In this document: piece by piece, positions 9,129 through 18,918 of the stretch
Layout: each line of letters opens with the position of its first letter
Position numbering within the stretch: the stretch's first letter is position 1
From: Fibrobacteria bacterium
GTDB taxonomy: Bacteria > Fibrobacterota > Fibrobacteria > UBA11236
DNA: 64,000 nucleotides
Assembly: GCA_017881725.1 (NCBI GenBank)
Contig: JADGQO010000038.1
Coordinates: forward strand, 8,687-72,686
Direction: 5' to 3'
Notes under the pieces: model-generated
What the model was told of the DNA's origin: nothing
Database searches by the model: none
The model's input: the letters and a program-made list of their open reading frames with translations, nothing else
Position numbers and translations under genes: made by a program

Positions 9129-9976
9129 TTGCCCTTTTCCAATTCCCGGATGCGCATTTCGATTTCATCGGCGGTTTGATGCGCCTCGCGCAGGCGGATA
9201 TCCTCGTCGAAGACCAAGTGGAATTCCACGAAATTCGTGTCGCCGGAACGGCGCGTTTTCAGTTCATGCACGCCCGTCACCCGCCCGCTATGCGCTTGGG
9301 CAAGCTGCCGGATTTGTTCCACCAGGGCCGGTTCCAGGGCCCGGTCCATCAGCATGTGCAAGCCTTTGCGCAACAGCGGAATGGCGGCCTTGGCCACGAA
9401 CAGCGACACGGCCACGGCGATGAGCGGGTCCAGCCAATTCCAACCCGTGAAGCGGATCAGCGCCAGCGCCAAAAGGATGCCGCCGTTGCTGAGCAGGTCG
9501 ACCTGGTAATGCACCATATCGGCTTTGATGATGAGGCTGTCCGAAAGCAGGGACATCTTTTTCAGGAAGGCTACCAGCGAGAACGTGACGACGATGGAAA
9601 AAGCCATGGCACCGATGGCGAAGACGAGTTTGTCCGTTTCCACGACCGTAGGGGTGATGAATTTGAAAATCGCTTCGCGCAGGATGTACAGTGCCGAGGC
9701 CAGAATGAAAAGGCCTTCCACGGCCGAAGCCACGCCTTCGATTTTGCCCCGTCCGTAATTGTAAACCTCGTCGCTGGGTTTTTCCGTGGTGCGCACGGCG
9801 TAGGCATTGAAGGACGAGACCACGAAATCCAACAGCGAGTCAACGGCCGAGGCCAAAACGGAGACGGTACCCGTGGACATTCCGACGAGGAGCTTGACCA
9901 GAATAAGGAGTAAAGCGGCCAACGAGGCCATCAAGGTGGCTTTGCGCGGGGCGCTCCGGGTATGCGGCGATTCCAT
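9047..9976 (-). CDS. Cation diffusion facilitator (CzcD-like) metal efflux transporter
   Basis: Six TM helices and CDF signature regions (SLLSDSLIIKADMVHYQVDLLSNGGILLA, DPLIAVAVSLFV), plus a C-terminal cytoplasmic domain. Confidence 0.85.
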   Translation of the reverse strand: MESPHTRSAPRKATLMASLAALLLILVKLLVGMSTGTVSVLASAVDSLLDFVVSSFNAYAVRTTEKPSDEVYNYGRGKIEGVASAVEGLFILASALYILREAIFKFITPTVVETDKLVFAIGAMAFSIVVTFSLVAFLKKMSLLSDSLIIKADMVHYQVDLLSNGGILLALALIRFTGWNWLDPLIAVAVSLFVAKAAIPLLRKGLHMLMDRALEPALVEQIRQLAQAHSGRVTGVHELKTRRSGDTNFVEFHLVFDEDIRLREAHQTADEIEMRIRELEKGKWIINIHLDPVDDSRRDLKMAKSTPSE

Positions 9977-10172
9977 AGGATTTGGAAATCTAACTCGATA
10001 TCGGCGAGGTCAAGGGACCGTCCATCTCAATAAGGTGATCGGTATCCGGACTCGATCTCAAGACGCCTCGTTTTCCCGTGATGGGTTCTCGCTTAAAACG
10101 GAATGAGGGAAAGAGGTGGTACCGCGTAGGCTGGGATTAGGATAATGGCCCTGGCGCGAATCCGTTCGCCAC

Positions 10173-11378
10173 ATGGGGATGGTTATGCCTGCGAAAATGC
10201 TTTCGGTTGTGCTTCCTTGCTTGAACGAGGAGGAAACGATCGGCATTTGCATCCAAAAGGTGCAACGAGTTCTCGCCGAATCCGGCCAGGCGGGGGAAAT
10301 CATCGTCGCCGATAATGGCAGCACCGATCGATCGCATCAAGTGGCGGCCGGGCTGGGCGCGCGCGTGGTGGACCAACCCGTGAAAGGTTACGGGGCCGCG
10401 TACTTAAAGGGAATCGAGAGCGCTCGCGGCGATTACATCGTCATGGGGGACTCCGACGACACCTACGACTTTTTAGAAATTCCGAAACTGATCCATGAGC
10501 TGGACAAAGGGGCGGACATGGTCATCGGATCCCGCTTCAAAGGCGACATCCGTCCCGGAGCCATGTCGTTTTCCCATCGCTATATCGGGAACCCCATATT
10601 ATCTGGGATATTAAATCTCTTCTTCCAATCGCGCATTTCCGATTGCCATTCCGGTTTCCGCGCCTTCACGCACCAGGCCATCGCGCGCTTGCACCTGAGC
10701 ACCACGGGCATGGAGTTCGCCTCGGAAATGATCGTCTCCGCGCTGCGCAACAAAATCCGCATCGTCGAGGTGCCCATCACGTATTATCCGCGCAAGGGCG
10801 AGTCCAAACTGGAGTCCCTGTCCGACGCCTGGCGGCACATGCGTTTCATGCTGCTCTTCAGTCCCAATTGGCTTTTCCTTTTGCCCGGTATGCTCTTGTT
10901 CACCTCCGGGCTCGGCCTGTTCTGCGCCACCGGGTTAGGCTGGTTCCGGCTCTTCGGCCATGTCTTCGATATCCATGCCATGATCTTTTTCGCGCTGTTC
11001 ACCTTGCTGGGATTCCAAATCATCACGACGGGGCTTTTCGCCAAGGCCTTCAGCGTCCGGGAGGGCTTCACTTCCCCGAGCCGCGTGGTGGAAGAGTTTT
11101 TCAAATTTTTCAACCTGGAACGGGCGCTGACCTGGGGGACGGGGATGTTCCTGGCGGGCCTGTCGGGTTGTATGTACATCGTATACCTTTGGGTCAAAAC
11201 CCATTTCGTCGGATATTTCCTGATGCCCAAGCAAAGCCTCTTTTCCGCCGTCCTCATGATCATGGGCCTGCAAACCATTTTCTCGGCATTTTTCATCAGC
11301 CTATTGCGGCTGCCCAGCATTCCGCGCGCGGCATCCCGGGTATCCCGGACATCCAGTAAAGGGTCGGCGTCAACGTAA
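10173..11378 (+). CDS. GT2-family polyprenyl-phosphate glycosyltransferase (Dpm1/GtrB/ArnC-like) with a C-terminal 4-TM region
   Basis: LSVVLPCLNEE, IIVADNGSTD, IVMGDSDDTYD, MVIGSRFKGD, DCHSGFRAF. Hydrophobic helices after residue 230. Confidence 0.8.
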   Translation: MGMVMPAKMLSVVLPCLNEEETIGICIQKVQRVLAESGQAGEIIVADNGSTDRSHQVAAGLGARVVDQPVKGYGAAYLKGIESARGDYIVMGDSDDTYDFLEIPKLIHELDKGADMVIGSRFKGDIRPGAMSFSHRYIGNPILSGILNLFFQSRISDCHSGFRAFTHQAIARLHLSTTGMEFASEMIVSALRNKIRIVEVPITYYPRKGESKLESLSDAWRHMRFMLLFSPNWLFLLPGMLLFTSGLGLFCATGLGWFRLFGHVFDIHAMIFFALFTLLGFQIITTGLFAKAFSVREGFTSPSRVVEEFFKFFNLERALTWGTGMFLAGLSGCMYIVYLWVKTHFVGYFLMPKQSLFSAVLMIMGLQTIFSAFFISLLRLPSIPRAASRVSRTSSKGSAST

Positions 11379-11391
11379 CGCCCGTGCTACG

Positions 11392-12576
11392 GTGAAATCC
11401 CGCTCCCTCCTGGTATTGACTCATGAATTGCCCCCGCTGGGCGGCGGGGCGGGGCGGGCCATCGCGCAATTATGCGCCGCGCTGGGCGCGCTCGGATTCG
11501 ACATCGAGGTGTGGACTCAGGCTCCGGCGGCGGGACCGAGGATGGATTTTCCCTTTCGCGTGAAATATTTCGCCACTGGCCGTAAGGCGCAGTTTCAAAC
11601 CAATATTCCGTCCATCCTGCTTTATTCATTGCGGACTTTCCTGCGCGGAATTTTCCACCGGCGGTTTCGGCCCGATGCCATTTTTTCCAATACCGCCATC
11701 CCCACCGGTTGCGTGGGCGCCTGCCTGGGGCGTTTCCTGGGCGTTCCGAATATCATCTGGTACCACGGCGCGGACGTGCATGAAAACCGATCCGCCGGGG
11801 CGCGAGCCCTCTATCGTCTGATGCTCAAGGCGGCCTGGCGGCATACGGCCCTGCATTGTTTCGTCGGGGCTGGTCTGATGAGGATGGCTGAAAGCTATGG
11901 CGGCCTCACCGCGCCACGCATGGTGCTGCCGTTGTTCGCTGACCATGTCGTTCCCATCGCGGCTCCGGCCTCCGTCCCGGCCTATATTGTGGACACCGCT
12001 CCCACTCAAGGAGTAAAACGGGCCCGACGCGTTTTTCTTTTCGCCGGTCGTCTGGAGCCGGTGAAAAAACCTTTTCTGTTCTTGGACGCCATCGCTTGGT
12101 TGGCGGAACAAAAACGATTGCCCTCCGACGCAGGCTTCCGAATCCTCGGCGGCGGTAGCCTGTATCACCCGCTGCGGAAAAAGATCGCGTCCCTGGGGCT
12201 TAACGCGTGGGTGTCGTTGGAGCCGGCGGTTTCCGGCCAGGCCATGGCCCAGGTTTACGCCGAGGCGTATGCGTTGGTACTCACTTCCGAGGTGGAGGGT
12301 TTTCCGTTGACCATTTTGGAAGCGGGCCTATGCGGCGTGCCTTCCATCGGCTCGGATACCTTGGGCATCAACGAGGAAATTGAGGACGGCCTGACGGGAT
12401 TATTGTTTCCCAAGGACGATGCCGTAGCGTGCGCTCGCGCCATGCTGCGCGTGCTAGAGGAGGAAGGCTTGCGTGATCAATTGGGGGGCCATGCCCAAGC
12501 GGCCGCTGCGGGGCTGTCCTCGCGAAAGTCTGCGGAGCTGTTCGCTGCGGCTTGGAAAGAACATATCGGCCCGTGA
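11392..12576 (+). CDS. GT4-family (GT-B fold) glycosyltransferase
   Basis: GTG start. LLVLTHELPPLGGG at the N-terminus and EVEGFPLTILEAGLCGVPSIGSD at the C-terminus (the E-x7-E region). Confidence 0.8.
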   Translation: MKSRSLLVLTHELPPLGGGAGRAIAQLCAALGALGFDIEVWTQAPAAGPRMDFPFRVKYFATGRKAQFQTNIPSILLYSLRTFLRGIFHRRFRPDAIFSNTAIPTGCVGACLGRFLGVPNIIWYHGADVHENRSAGARALYRLMLKAAWRHTALHCFVGAGLMRMAESYGGLTAPRMVLPLFADHVVPIAAPASVPAYIVDTAPTQGVKRARRVFLFAGRLEPVKKPFLFLDAIAWLAEQKRLPSDAGFRILGGGSLYHPLRKKIASLGLNAWVSLEPAVSGQAMAQVYAEAYALVLTSEVEGFPLTILEAGLCGVPSIGSDTLGINEEIEDGLTGLLFPKDDAVACARAMLRVLEEEGLRDQLGGHAQAAAAGLSSRKSAELFAAAWKEHIGP

Positions 12577-12619
12577 TGCGCCGGGCTCCGGTTCCGAAGC
12601 GGGATCAGCCGACGTTGTT

Positions 12620-13594
12620 TCATTTGCCGGGTTTTCGTAGCGCGCAAAATATTTGTGAACCGCTTTCCGGGAAGCGCTTAATCAACCACGCGGCATAACG
12701 CTTCATCCAATTCCCGCGCGGATGGATTTTGTGAAGCGCGTTGTAGGTCTCGCAGGATTCGATGCGGTAGCCGGGAAAACACTCCGCGAAGATTTCCCGC
12801 GAAAAGCCTCGGCCTGGCCGTGAGCCGCCTGCGTCCGGAGATTGCGCGTCGAGCAAGCCCGAAATTTCGGCGGCGGGAAGGGTTTTTTCGATCCGTCCTT
12901 CGGCAAGCAGTCGGTCGTTCACTTTTTGCAAAAGGCGGTTATGCCTCGCGAGATCGGGCGCAAAGTGCGCCAAGGGCCGGCGCAAAGCCTCGAACCAACC
13001 CAGGCGCAGGATGATTTCATACAGGAATTGGCGGGGATCGGCGATAGGCAGCAGCAGCCAATAATTGCAGACCAGAAAAGCGTTGCGGGCGAAAGCGTTG
13101 GTCGGTTCATGGCCGATTAAAACCCAGCCGCCGGGTTTAAGCACGCGATCGATCTCGCGGCTCAAGTCCCGTGGTTCGGGCAGATGATGCATGACGGCGT
13201 TCAAGGTGACGAGATGTTGGGACTTGTCGGGCAGGGGAAGAGTTCCACCGGAAAGTTTCAGCAGCCGCAGGTCGCAATCCAATCCGGCCCCATGCAAATT
13301 GACGCGGCAGATTTCCAGCATTCCCGAGGAAAGGTCCGAACAGGTTAATCCATCGCCGGTCCGAAGAAATTCCCGCAGCCTTAAGGGAACGAAGCCCGTG
13401 CCGGAACCGATGTCGAGGACTTGCCGGGGCGCGGGGATTTCCGCGCAGGCACGCGTGAGGAACCGATGCCAACGGGGGATTTCATCCTCCAGGATATCCG
13501 GATGTTTTTCATCGTACCCGTCTGTTTCCAGATCATGGAAAATCTCGTTCAACCGGAGGATAAGTTCGGCCGGGGCCGGTCGCGTGCGGGGCAT
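12620..13594 (-). CDS. Class I SAM-dependent methyltransferase
   Basis: VLDIGSGTGF (motif I) and VLKPGGWVLI (post-I region). It lies directly downstream of the GT-C gene on the same strand. Confidence 0.75.
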   Translation of the reverse strand: MPRTRPAPAELILRLNEIFHDLETDGYDEKHPDILEDEIPRWHRFLTRACAEIPAPRQVLDIGSGTGFVPLRLREFLRTGDGLTCSDLSSGMLEICRVNLHGAGLDCDLRLLKLSGGTLPLPDKSQHLVTLNAVMHHLPEPRDLSREIDRVLKPGGWVLIGHEPTNAFARNAFLVCNYWLLLPIADPRQFLYEIILRLGWFEALRRPLAHFAPDLARHNRLLQKVNDRLLAEGRIEKTLPAAEISGLLDAQSPDAGGSRPGRGFSREIFAECFPGYRIESCETYNALHKIHPRGNWMKRYAAWLIKRFPESGSQIFCALRKPGK

Positions 13595-13628
13595 CAGGTT
13601 ACCATTCTATACCAGCCCGTGAGCCGAT

Positions 13629-15368
13629 TCAAGGCGGACGTCCGATGGGATGGAGGGAAAGGAAAACACTTTGTAGCCCGATGGAAATCGTGTCTTGCGC
13701 GTATCCGGCGGCGCGCATGGTGGACAGGGCCGTGAGCACGACTGAGTCGCGCGTTTCCGCAGGCGTGAGGGCGATGATGGTTGGATGGAACGCCGCCAGG
13801 CTGCGGGAAAACCAAGTCGGATCGTAAAGCTCCTGCAATCCGATGCAATTCCGCGCTGGGGACATCACGTTCACGCCGCATAGCGAACGCGCATAATAAT
13901 TTCCTTCCGGCGGGACCAGGGCCTCCAGCTTCAGGAGATGCTCCGCGAGTCCGGGACAATAGGCGTACAGGCCCCGGGAGGCAATGATTCCGCCGAGTTT
14001 GCGTTCGTAAAAACGATGGGGGTAGATTACGGGCAGTAACAGCATTAACAGCAGCAACAGGCCGAACGCCCCCTCCAGTCCGGGTAACCTGTAGGTTACC
14101 GTGGGAACGCCGCTCGGTCCGATGGGGGTTCGCCCATCCCGATCGAAGATCCCGGACGTGAAATTCGACGCGGCAGAAACCCATGCGGGTAACCGGGACA
14201 ATCCGTACGCGTAAACGAAAGGGAGCAATCCGCTCATGTACCGCAAGCCTGCCCAGGAGTCGTTATAGGCGACATAGGCCGATGCCGCGAAAGTGAGGAG
14301 AAATCCGGCGGCCAAAAAGGGGCTGAAAAATTTGCGCCGGTTCCAAAGCGCGGAGGCGGCGAGCAAGAGCGGCGCGACTTCCAGGCCGTGTTCAAAACGG
14401 TGCAGCTCGCGGAAAAATCGAAAGGCTCCTACGAAAACCCTGCGCAAGGGGAACAGCGCCTCGTGGCGGGAAAAATATTCCGCGATAGTCAGAGTATGGG
14501 ATTGCGTTCGCGCCACTCCCGGATCCCGGAGCAGTCCGCCCGAACCGGCGAAATGAAAGGGATTGCCGAATGCGATGGCGGTATGGATGAGCCAGGGCAA
14601 GGCCAGGATAAGGAAAGCCGCCAATGCCATGGCCGGGTGTTTCCAAGTCAGGATGTCCCGCTTGCGCCAATACAACCAAAGGATTCCGGGCAAAAACAGG
14701 ATGCCGTTCACGCGCACCAGATACAGGAGGGCGACGCCGCCACCCAGGATGAGCCACCAGGCTTTGGATCGGATCCCGAAAAAGTCCTCCGGTTCAAGGC
14801 GGCGCTCGCCGCGCAGGCTCCAGGCTGCCAGGGCCGCCACCGCGCATCCGAAAAGTCCCTCGGTATAGACTACGGAATTCCATTCCAACTGTAACAGGGA
14901 GGTTACGGTAACCCACAGTCCCGCCATGGCCGGCCACCGTCCGAAAGCCGATCGGAAAACCGCGTAGGCCGACGCCGCGAAGGCGAGGAACACCGTCGCG
15001 ACCGCCCAGCGGGCCGTTTCCACGGAGACACCCCAAATCCGGAAACTCGCCGCCAACAGCGAAGTCAAAATCGGATACCGGAAATCATCCGGGCGCGGAA
15101 CCGTATAGGGAACCAAAAAATGCGCTTCGAGCCAGCGCGTGGTGAAACCTTGCCCCCGGGCCAATTGCCCCGCTACGGCCATCCACGAGCCTTCGTCCCC
15201 ACCGGGCAGCCCGCCGGATCGAATGCGCAGCGCCAGCAGATGCCACCCCGCGAGGAGCGCCATACCGGCCCCGATCCATTCCCACCATGCAAAAGCGGGG
15301 GTCCGAGCCATATCGTCCGACGCAACGAAACCATCTGGGAAAAATTTCCACCCGAAAACTCTCATCTG
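13629..15368 (-). CDS. GT-C-fold glycosyltransferase (ArnT/PMT_2 family, GT39/83-like)
   Basis: Multi-TM protein with the first-loop motif GDEGSWMAVAGQLARGQGF (DE motif). The start is the ATG at 15366-15368, which overlaps the upstream gene's TGA as ATGA. Confidence 0.7.
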   Translation of the reverse strand, partial: QMRVFGWKFFPDGFVASDDMARTPAFAWWEWIGAGMALLAGWHLLALRIRSGGLPGGDEGSWMAVAGQLARGQGFTTRWLEAHFLVPYTVPRPDDFRYPILTSLLAASFRIWGVSVETARWAVATVFLAFAASAYAVFRSAFGRWPAMAGLWVTVTSLLQLEWNSVVYTEGLFGCAVAALAAWSLRGERRLEPEDFFGIRSKAWWLILGGGVALLYLVRVNGILFLPGILWLYWRKRDILTWKHPAMALAAFLILALPWLIHTAIAFGNPFHFAGSGGLLRDPGVARTQSHTLTIAEYFSRHEALFPLRRVFVGAFRFFRELHRFEHGLEVAPLLLAASALWNRRKFFSPFLAAGFLLTFAASAYVAYNDSWAGLRYMSGLLPFVYAYGLSRLPAWVSAASNFTSGIFDRDGRTPIGPSGVPTVTYRLPGLEGAFGLLLLLMLLLPVIYPHRFYERKLGGIIASRGLYAYCPGLAEHLLKLEALVPPEGNYYARSLCGVNVMSPARNCIGLQELYDPTWFSRSLAAFHPTIIALTPAETRDSVVLTALSTMRAAGYAQDTISIGLQSVFLSLHPIGRPP

Positions 15369-16327
15369 GATCCCGGCTTTCCGCGACCCGCCAGGAAAAA
15401 CCACCAGCCCACGCACACGGTCGGAAGCGACATGGCGCGGAGCAATAAGGAGATCAGTACTCCCGTTTCACCATGCGCTCCGGAGACGTGGTAGAGGATG
15501 CCCAGCGTGCCCTCGGAGAGACCCCAATTTCCCACCGCGACGGGAAGCAAGGTAAAGAGCGTGAAGAAAAAGACGTACAGCACCGCTTGCGCCCAATCGG
15601 CCGAGCCGCCCGCGCTGAGATCGACGAGCAGGAAGGCGAGGATCACGAATCCATGATTGACCAGGCTGAGCGCGGCCACGCGGGCCAGCCGCCCCCGCTG
15701 CGAAACCAAATCCGCCAATGCGGCTCCGATGTCCGTGGGGATATGTTCGCTCCCGGCGCGGCGCGCGTACCAAGCGATGCCTTTGGCCGCGAGGCGAGCG
15801 AACCAGCGGTATCCGAAGGCGCCGACCCAAAGGCTCGCCGCCAGTACCAACGCGGCCATCGGCACAGCCGTCCAGAGCGCGGGCCCGCTCCGGCCCAGCC
15901 AGATCCAAGCCAACAACCCCAAAAGGATTTGGGCCCAAAGTCCGGTGAGGCGATCGAGCAGCACGCCCGCTAAGGCGCTTTCAGGCGTGCCCGACACGCG
16001 GCGCAAATAGGTCCAGCGCGCCACTTCGCCGCCGATGCCTCCGGGAAGGAAAGCGGTGAAAAAGGCCGCGATGAAATTGACGCGGGCCAATGCGAAAAAC
16101 CCATGCGGTGACGCGGGTCTACTCGCCGGCGGGGGTAACAGCAAGCGCAATTTCGCGGCGTTGAGCCCTTGCAAGATGAGGTTCACCAGTGCCGCCGCCG
16201 CCAAAGGCGCAAGGGAGACCCGCCGTAAACGGGCGATGAGCGCGGCCGGATCCATCCAGGCAAACAGCGCCGCCAGACAAGCTGCCGAGACGATGACTTT
16301 GAGGAGAAAAATCTGATTTGGTTTCAT
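15362..16327 (-). CDS. Flippase-like (LPG_synthase_TM / TIGR00374) membrane protein
   Basis: Multi-TM with a flippase-like organisation (GLNAAKLRLLL, FIAAFFTAFLPGGIGGEVAR). The start is assumed at MKPNQIFLLKVIV; the ORF is open upstream to 16444. Its stop overlaps the GT-C start. Confidence 0.6.
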   Translation of the reverse strand: MKPNQIFLLKVIVSAACLAALFAWMDPAALIARLRRVSLAPLAAAALVNLILQGLNAAKLRLLLPPPASRPASPHGFFALARVNFIAAFFTAFLPGGIGGEVARWTYLRRVSGTPESALAGVLLDRLTGLWAQILLGLLAWIWLGRSGPALWTAVPMAALVLAASLWVGAFGYRWFARLAAKGIAWYARRAGSEHIPTDIGAALADLVSQRGRLARVAALSLVNHGFVILAFLLVDLSAGGSADWAQAVLYVFFFTLFTLLPVAVGNWGLSEGTLGILYHVSGAHGETGVLISLLLRAMSLPTVCVGWWFFLAGRGKPGSR

Positions 16328-16520
16328 GACGGATAGGCCGTCGCTCGGATGGGAACGCCGGAACATCCCGCTGATTATACCCTGTTGGGGACTGGAAAGG
16401 GAACGCCACCCGCAGGAATCAGCTGAGGGCATTCCCGAAGCCAAGCCAGAGCGAATCTGTGGGAATGATCCGCCCGGGGGCGCTCCGGAGGCCAGGCGGG
16501 AGTGAATCCGTGGGGACGAT

Positions 16521-17705
16521 TCAGCGCTTCGGACTCGGAGCCAGGGCGTTCTGGGCCCCCGGCTTCATCAGGGACCGGTATTGTTCCACTTCGCTGCGGA
16601 GCACGGCGTCCTTGGGGCGCAAGGGCTGGGCCGGTGCGAGGATTTTCGCCGCCCGCTCATTGTCGCCTTGTTGATGGTATTCATAGGCGAGATTGCGGAG
16701 GCCTTCCAACCCTTCGGCATTGCCCGTCTTCAAGGCTTGCACATAGGCCGCCTCCGCCCGGTCCCACCAATGGGCATCGAAGGCGAGATTGCCCATGAAC
16801 ACGGCCGCGTCGGTGAAATCCGGCTTGATGGTCAACGCCTTTTGCAGAAACTCCATCGCCAGGAAAGGCTTTTTATCCTGTGCCAGCACGTCGGCGAGCT
16901 TGTACAGGTTCTCATAATCCTTTTCGCGCGTCGCTAACCCTTCGCGGTAGGCCGCCGCGGCCTGTTCCAAATCACCCTGGGATCGGTAGAGATCCCCGAT
17001 GTAAAAAACGAAATCCGTTTCCGACGGCTTGCGCGCATAAGCCTCGCGCACCAAAGCCACGGCTTCGGGGTACTCTTTCATGGACGCATGCGCCTCGGCC
17101 ATCTGATACACAATCGACAAATCCTCCGGATCCAAGGCGCGCGCTTTTTCCAGGGCTTGCAGGGACCCGACGAAATCCTTGGTGCGGCCGTAGGCATCCG
17201 CGAGATACAGCCAGGCGCTGCCGTTGTCCGGCTCCTGCTGCAAAGCGCGCCGATACGCCGCAATGGATTCGCCGTATTGCTCCAGCCGGAACAGCACGGC
17301 CGCGAGGTTGGATACGGCAGGCAAATATTTTCCGCCCGTCAGGCGTTCGGTTTTCTTGAAGGCCGCCGCCGCTTCCGGAAGCTTGTTCATGCGGTACAGG
17401 CAATTCCCGATATTGAACGCCACCGTGCCCTCGTCCGCCCCGCGCGCCTGGGCCTTGCGGTAGAGAAGCAGCGCCTTGGCGTACTCGCTTTTGTTATACA
17501 GGGCGTTGGCGCGGTTCACGAGATCGACCGCGCTTTGCGGCGAAACGCGAGATGCCGCAGCGATCGAAGAAGCCGATGCTGCTGAGGCTGACGCTGCCCC
17601 GGACAACCCGGTGGGTGAGGCTTTGGTTATTGTGGCGGACGGCGCCGGAGTCGAGGCGGAGGAAAGGAATGGGACGAAGAGGAGAATTCGGATTGCAAAA
17701 GGCAA
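16521..17705 (-). CDS. Secreted TPR-repeat protein
   Basis: Multiple TPR units (AFNIGNCLYRMNKLPEA, AWLYLADAYGRTKDF, VFYIGDLYRSQGDLEQAAAAY ...). The predicted start is the TTG at 17703-17705, giving the signal peptide MPFAIRILLFVPFLSSAS. The upstream part of the annotated ORF is the AT-rich repeat region. Confidence 0.7.
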   Translation of the reverse strand: MPFAIRILLFVPFLSSASTPAPSATITKASPTGLSGAASASAASASSIAAASRVSPQSAVDLVNRANALYNKSEYAKALLLYRKAQARGADEGTVAFNIGNCLYRMNKLPEAAAAFKKTERLTGGKYLPAVSNLAAVLFRLEQYGESIAAYRRALQQEPDNGSAWLYLADAYGRTKDFVGSLQALEKARALDPEDLSIVYQMAEAHASMKEYPEAVALVREAYARKPSETDFVFYIGDLYRSQGDLEQAAAAYREGLATREKDYENLYKLADVLAQDKKPFLAMEFLQKALTIKPDFTDAAVFMGNLAFDAHWWDRAEAAYVQALKTGNAEGLEGLRNLAYEYHQQGDNERAAKILAPAQPLRPKDAVLRSEVEQYRSLMKPGAQNALAPSPKR

Positions 17706-17851
17706 ATTGAAAATTGGAAATTGAAAATTTGAAAACCCGAATTCAAATTTCTTTGTGTCGCAAGGCCTCCGTGAGCGCGAAACCGTTTGGTATCGGAAAG
17801 CCAAAGCAGCACGGAGCCTTTCCACAATTTTCAATTTGAAATTTTCAATTT
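17704..17851. promoter_or_regulatory. AT-rich inverted-repeat array: two 26-nt arms, each with two copies of the 12-mer AAATTGAAAATT, separated by 96 nt that contain an inner GC hairpin
   Basis: Arm 1 at 17704-17729 is AAATTGAAAATT-gg-AAATTGAAAATT. Arm 2 at 17826-17851 is AATTTTCAATTT-ga-AATTTTCAATTT, its reverse complement (24/26). An inner hairpin pairs aaggcctccgtg at 17762-17773 with cacggagcctt at 17810-17820. It lies between tonB and the TPR gene and overlaps the TPR TTG start. Confidence 0.55.
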
Positions 17852-17911
17852 GCAATCCCACGTTCAATCCCACTCCTTCCCCTCCTTTCCCAACGTAACA
17901 TATCCGTTACC

Positions 17912-18550
17912 CTAATTCCCAAATTTGATTTCGAAGGGTTGTTCCAAACCGCAAAAAGCCACGGCCAATCCGCCCTTTTTAGCCGGCGTAAAGACGGTTT
18001 GCCGCAACGCCTCGCGCCCCGCCCCCGCCAAACCCAAACCCTGCGGTTTTTCTTCCATCACCCGCACGTCATAAGCATGCCCCCCCGGGTCGACGCAAAA
18101 GGACAAAACCAGATAAGCGTCCTTTTCCGCCGCCTTCACCTCCGGAGGCAACCGGAAAGGCGGAGGCATATTCGGCGCAGGCCTTTCGTCCACATCACCG
18201 CTGGGTCCGGCCGCCTGCCCGCCCCCGCCGCTGGGACGATTCACGATATCCATAGGCACCGCCGCTCCCTCCAACCCGCCCACGCTTAAATCCATGGCAA
18301 ACCTCGGCCCGGCCCTCACCGCCGCCTGCACCGGCCGCGCGCGCGTCGGCTGCTTCAATTTCCGATGCGGCTGATCCTGCGCCTGCGCCGGATCCAAGGT
18401 TTTCAACGACACTTGCGCCACAATGCGCGGCTTGCCGCTGACGCCTCCGGAATTCAAAGCATGATTCACCAGGGGTATCAACACCGTTACCCCCGCGCTC
18501 AACACCAGGGCAATCAACGCGATCACCCCATTCCGGATCACCTTCATCAA
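17912..18550 (-). CDS. tonB: TonB energy-transducer
   Basis: N-terminal TM (VIALIALVLSAGVTVLIPLV), a Pro-rich spacer (PAPNMPPPFRLPPEV) and a TonB C-terminal domain (YLVLSFCVDPGGHAYDVRVMEEK ... FEIKF). Confidence 0.8.
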   Translation of the reverse strand: MMKVIRNGVIALIALVLSAGVTVLIPLVNHALNSGGVSGKPRIVAQVSLKTLDPAQAQDQPHRKLKQPTRARPVQAAVRAGPRFAMDLSVGGLEGAAVPMDIVNRPSGGGGQAAGPSGDVDERPAPNMPPPFRLPPEVKAAEKDAYLVLSFCVDPGGHAYDVRVMEEKPQGLGLAGAGREALRQTVFTPAKKGGLAVAFCGLEQPFEIKFGN

Positions 18551-18918
18551 ACTCGCGCTCCGCTAAAAAATTTCACGCCGCTCCCCATACTTTCACCCTC
18601 TGCTCGACCCCATCTTCTCCCCGTCCCGCCCCAACGCAGCCGCGCCTCGCGCTGCGAGTCCCGTCCCGACCCACTCCCTTCTTCTCTTCTCTTCTCTTTT
18701 CTTTGTTCCCCATCCCCCGCGAGCAGAGAAAATGGCCTCCGGTCCGAGGGGCGCCCTGCCGGGAGGGGCTTTGCGGGCCGTTGGGCCTGCGCGCAGGCAT
18801 GTCCGAGCGCGTGCCCGGCGAGCGTCCACATCCTCTGGATACGCGCGAGTTCCGGAGCGCAGGCCCAACGGCCCGCAAACCCCATAATTGTGGAGCCCCC
18901 CCACCACCGACCAGGAGA

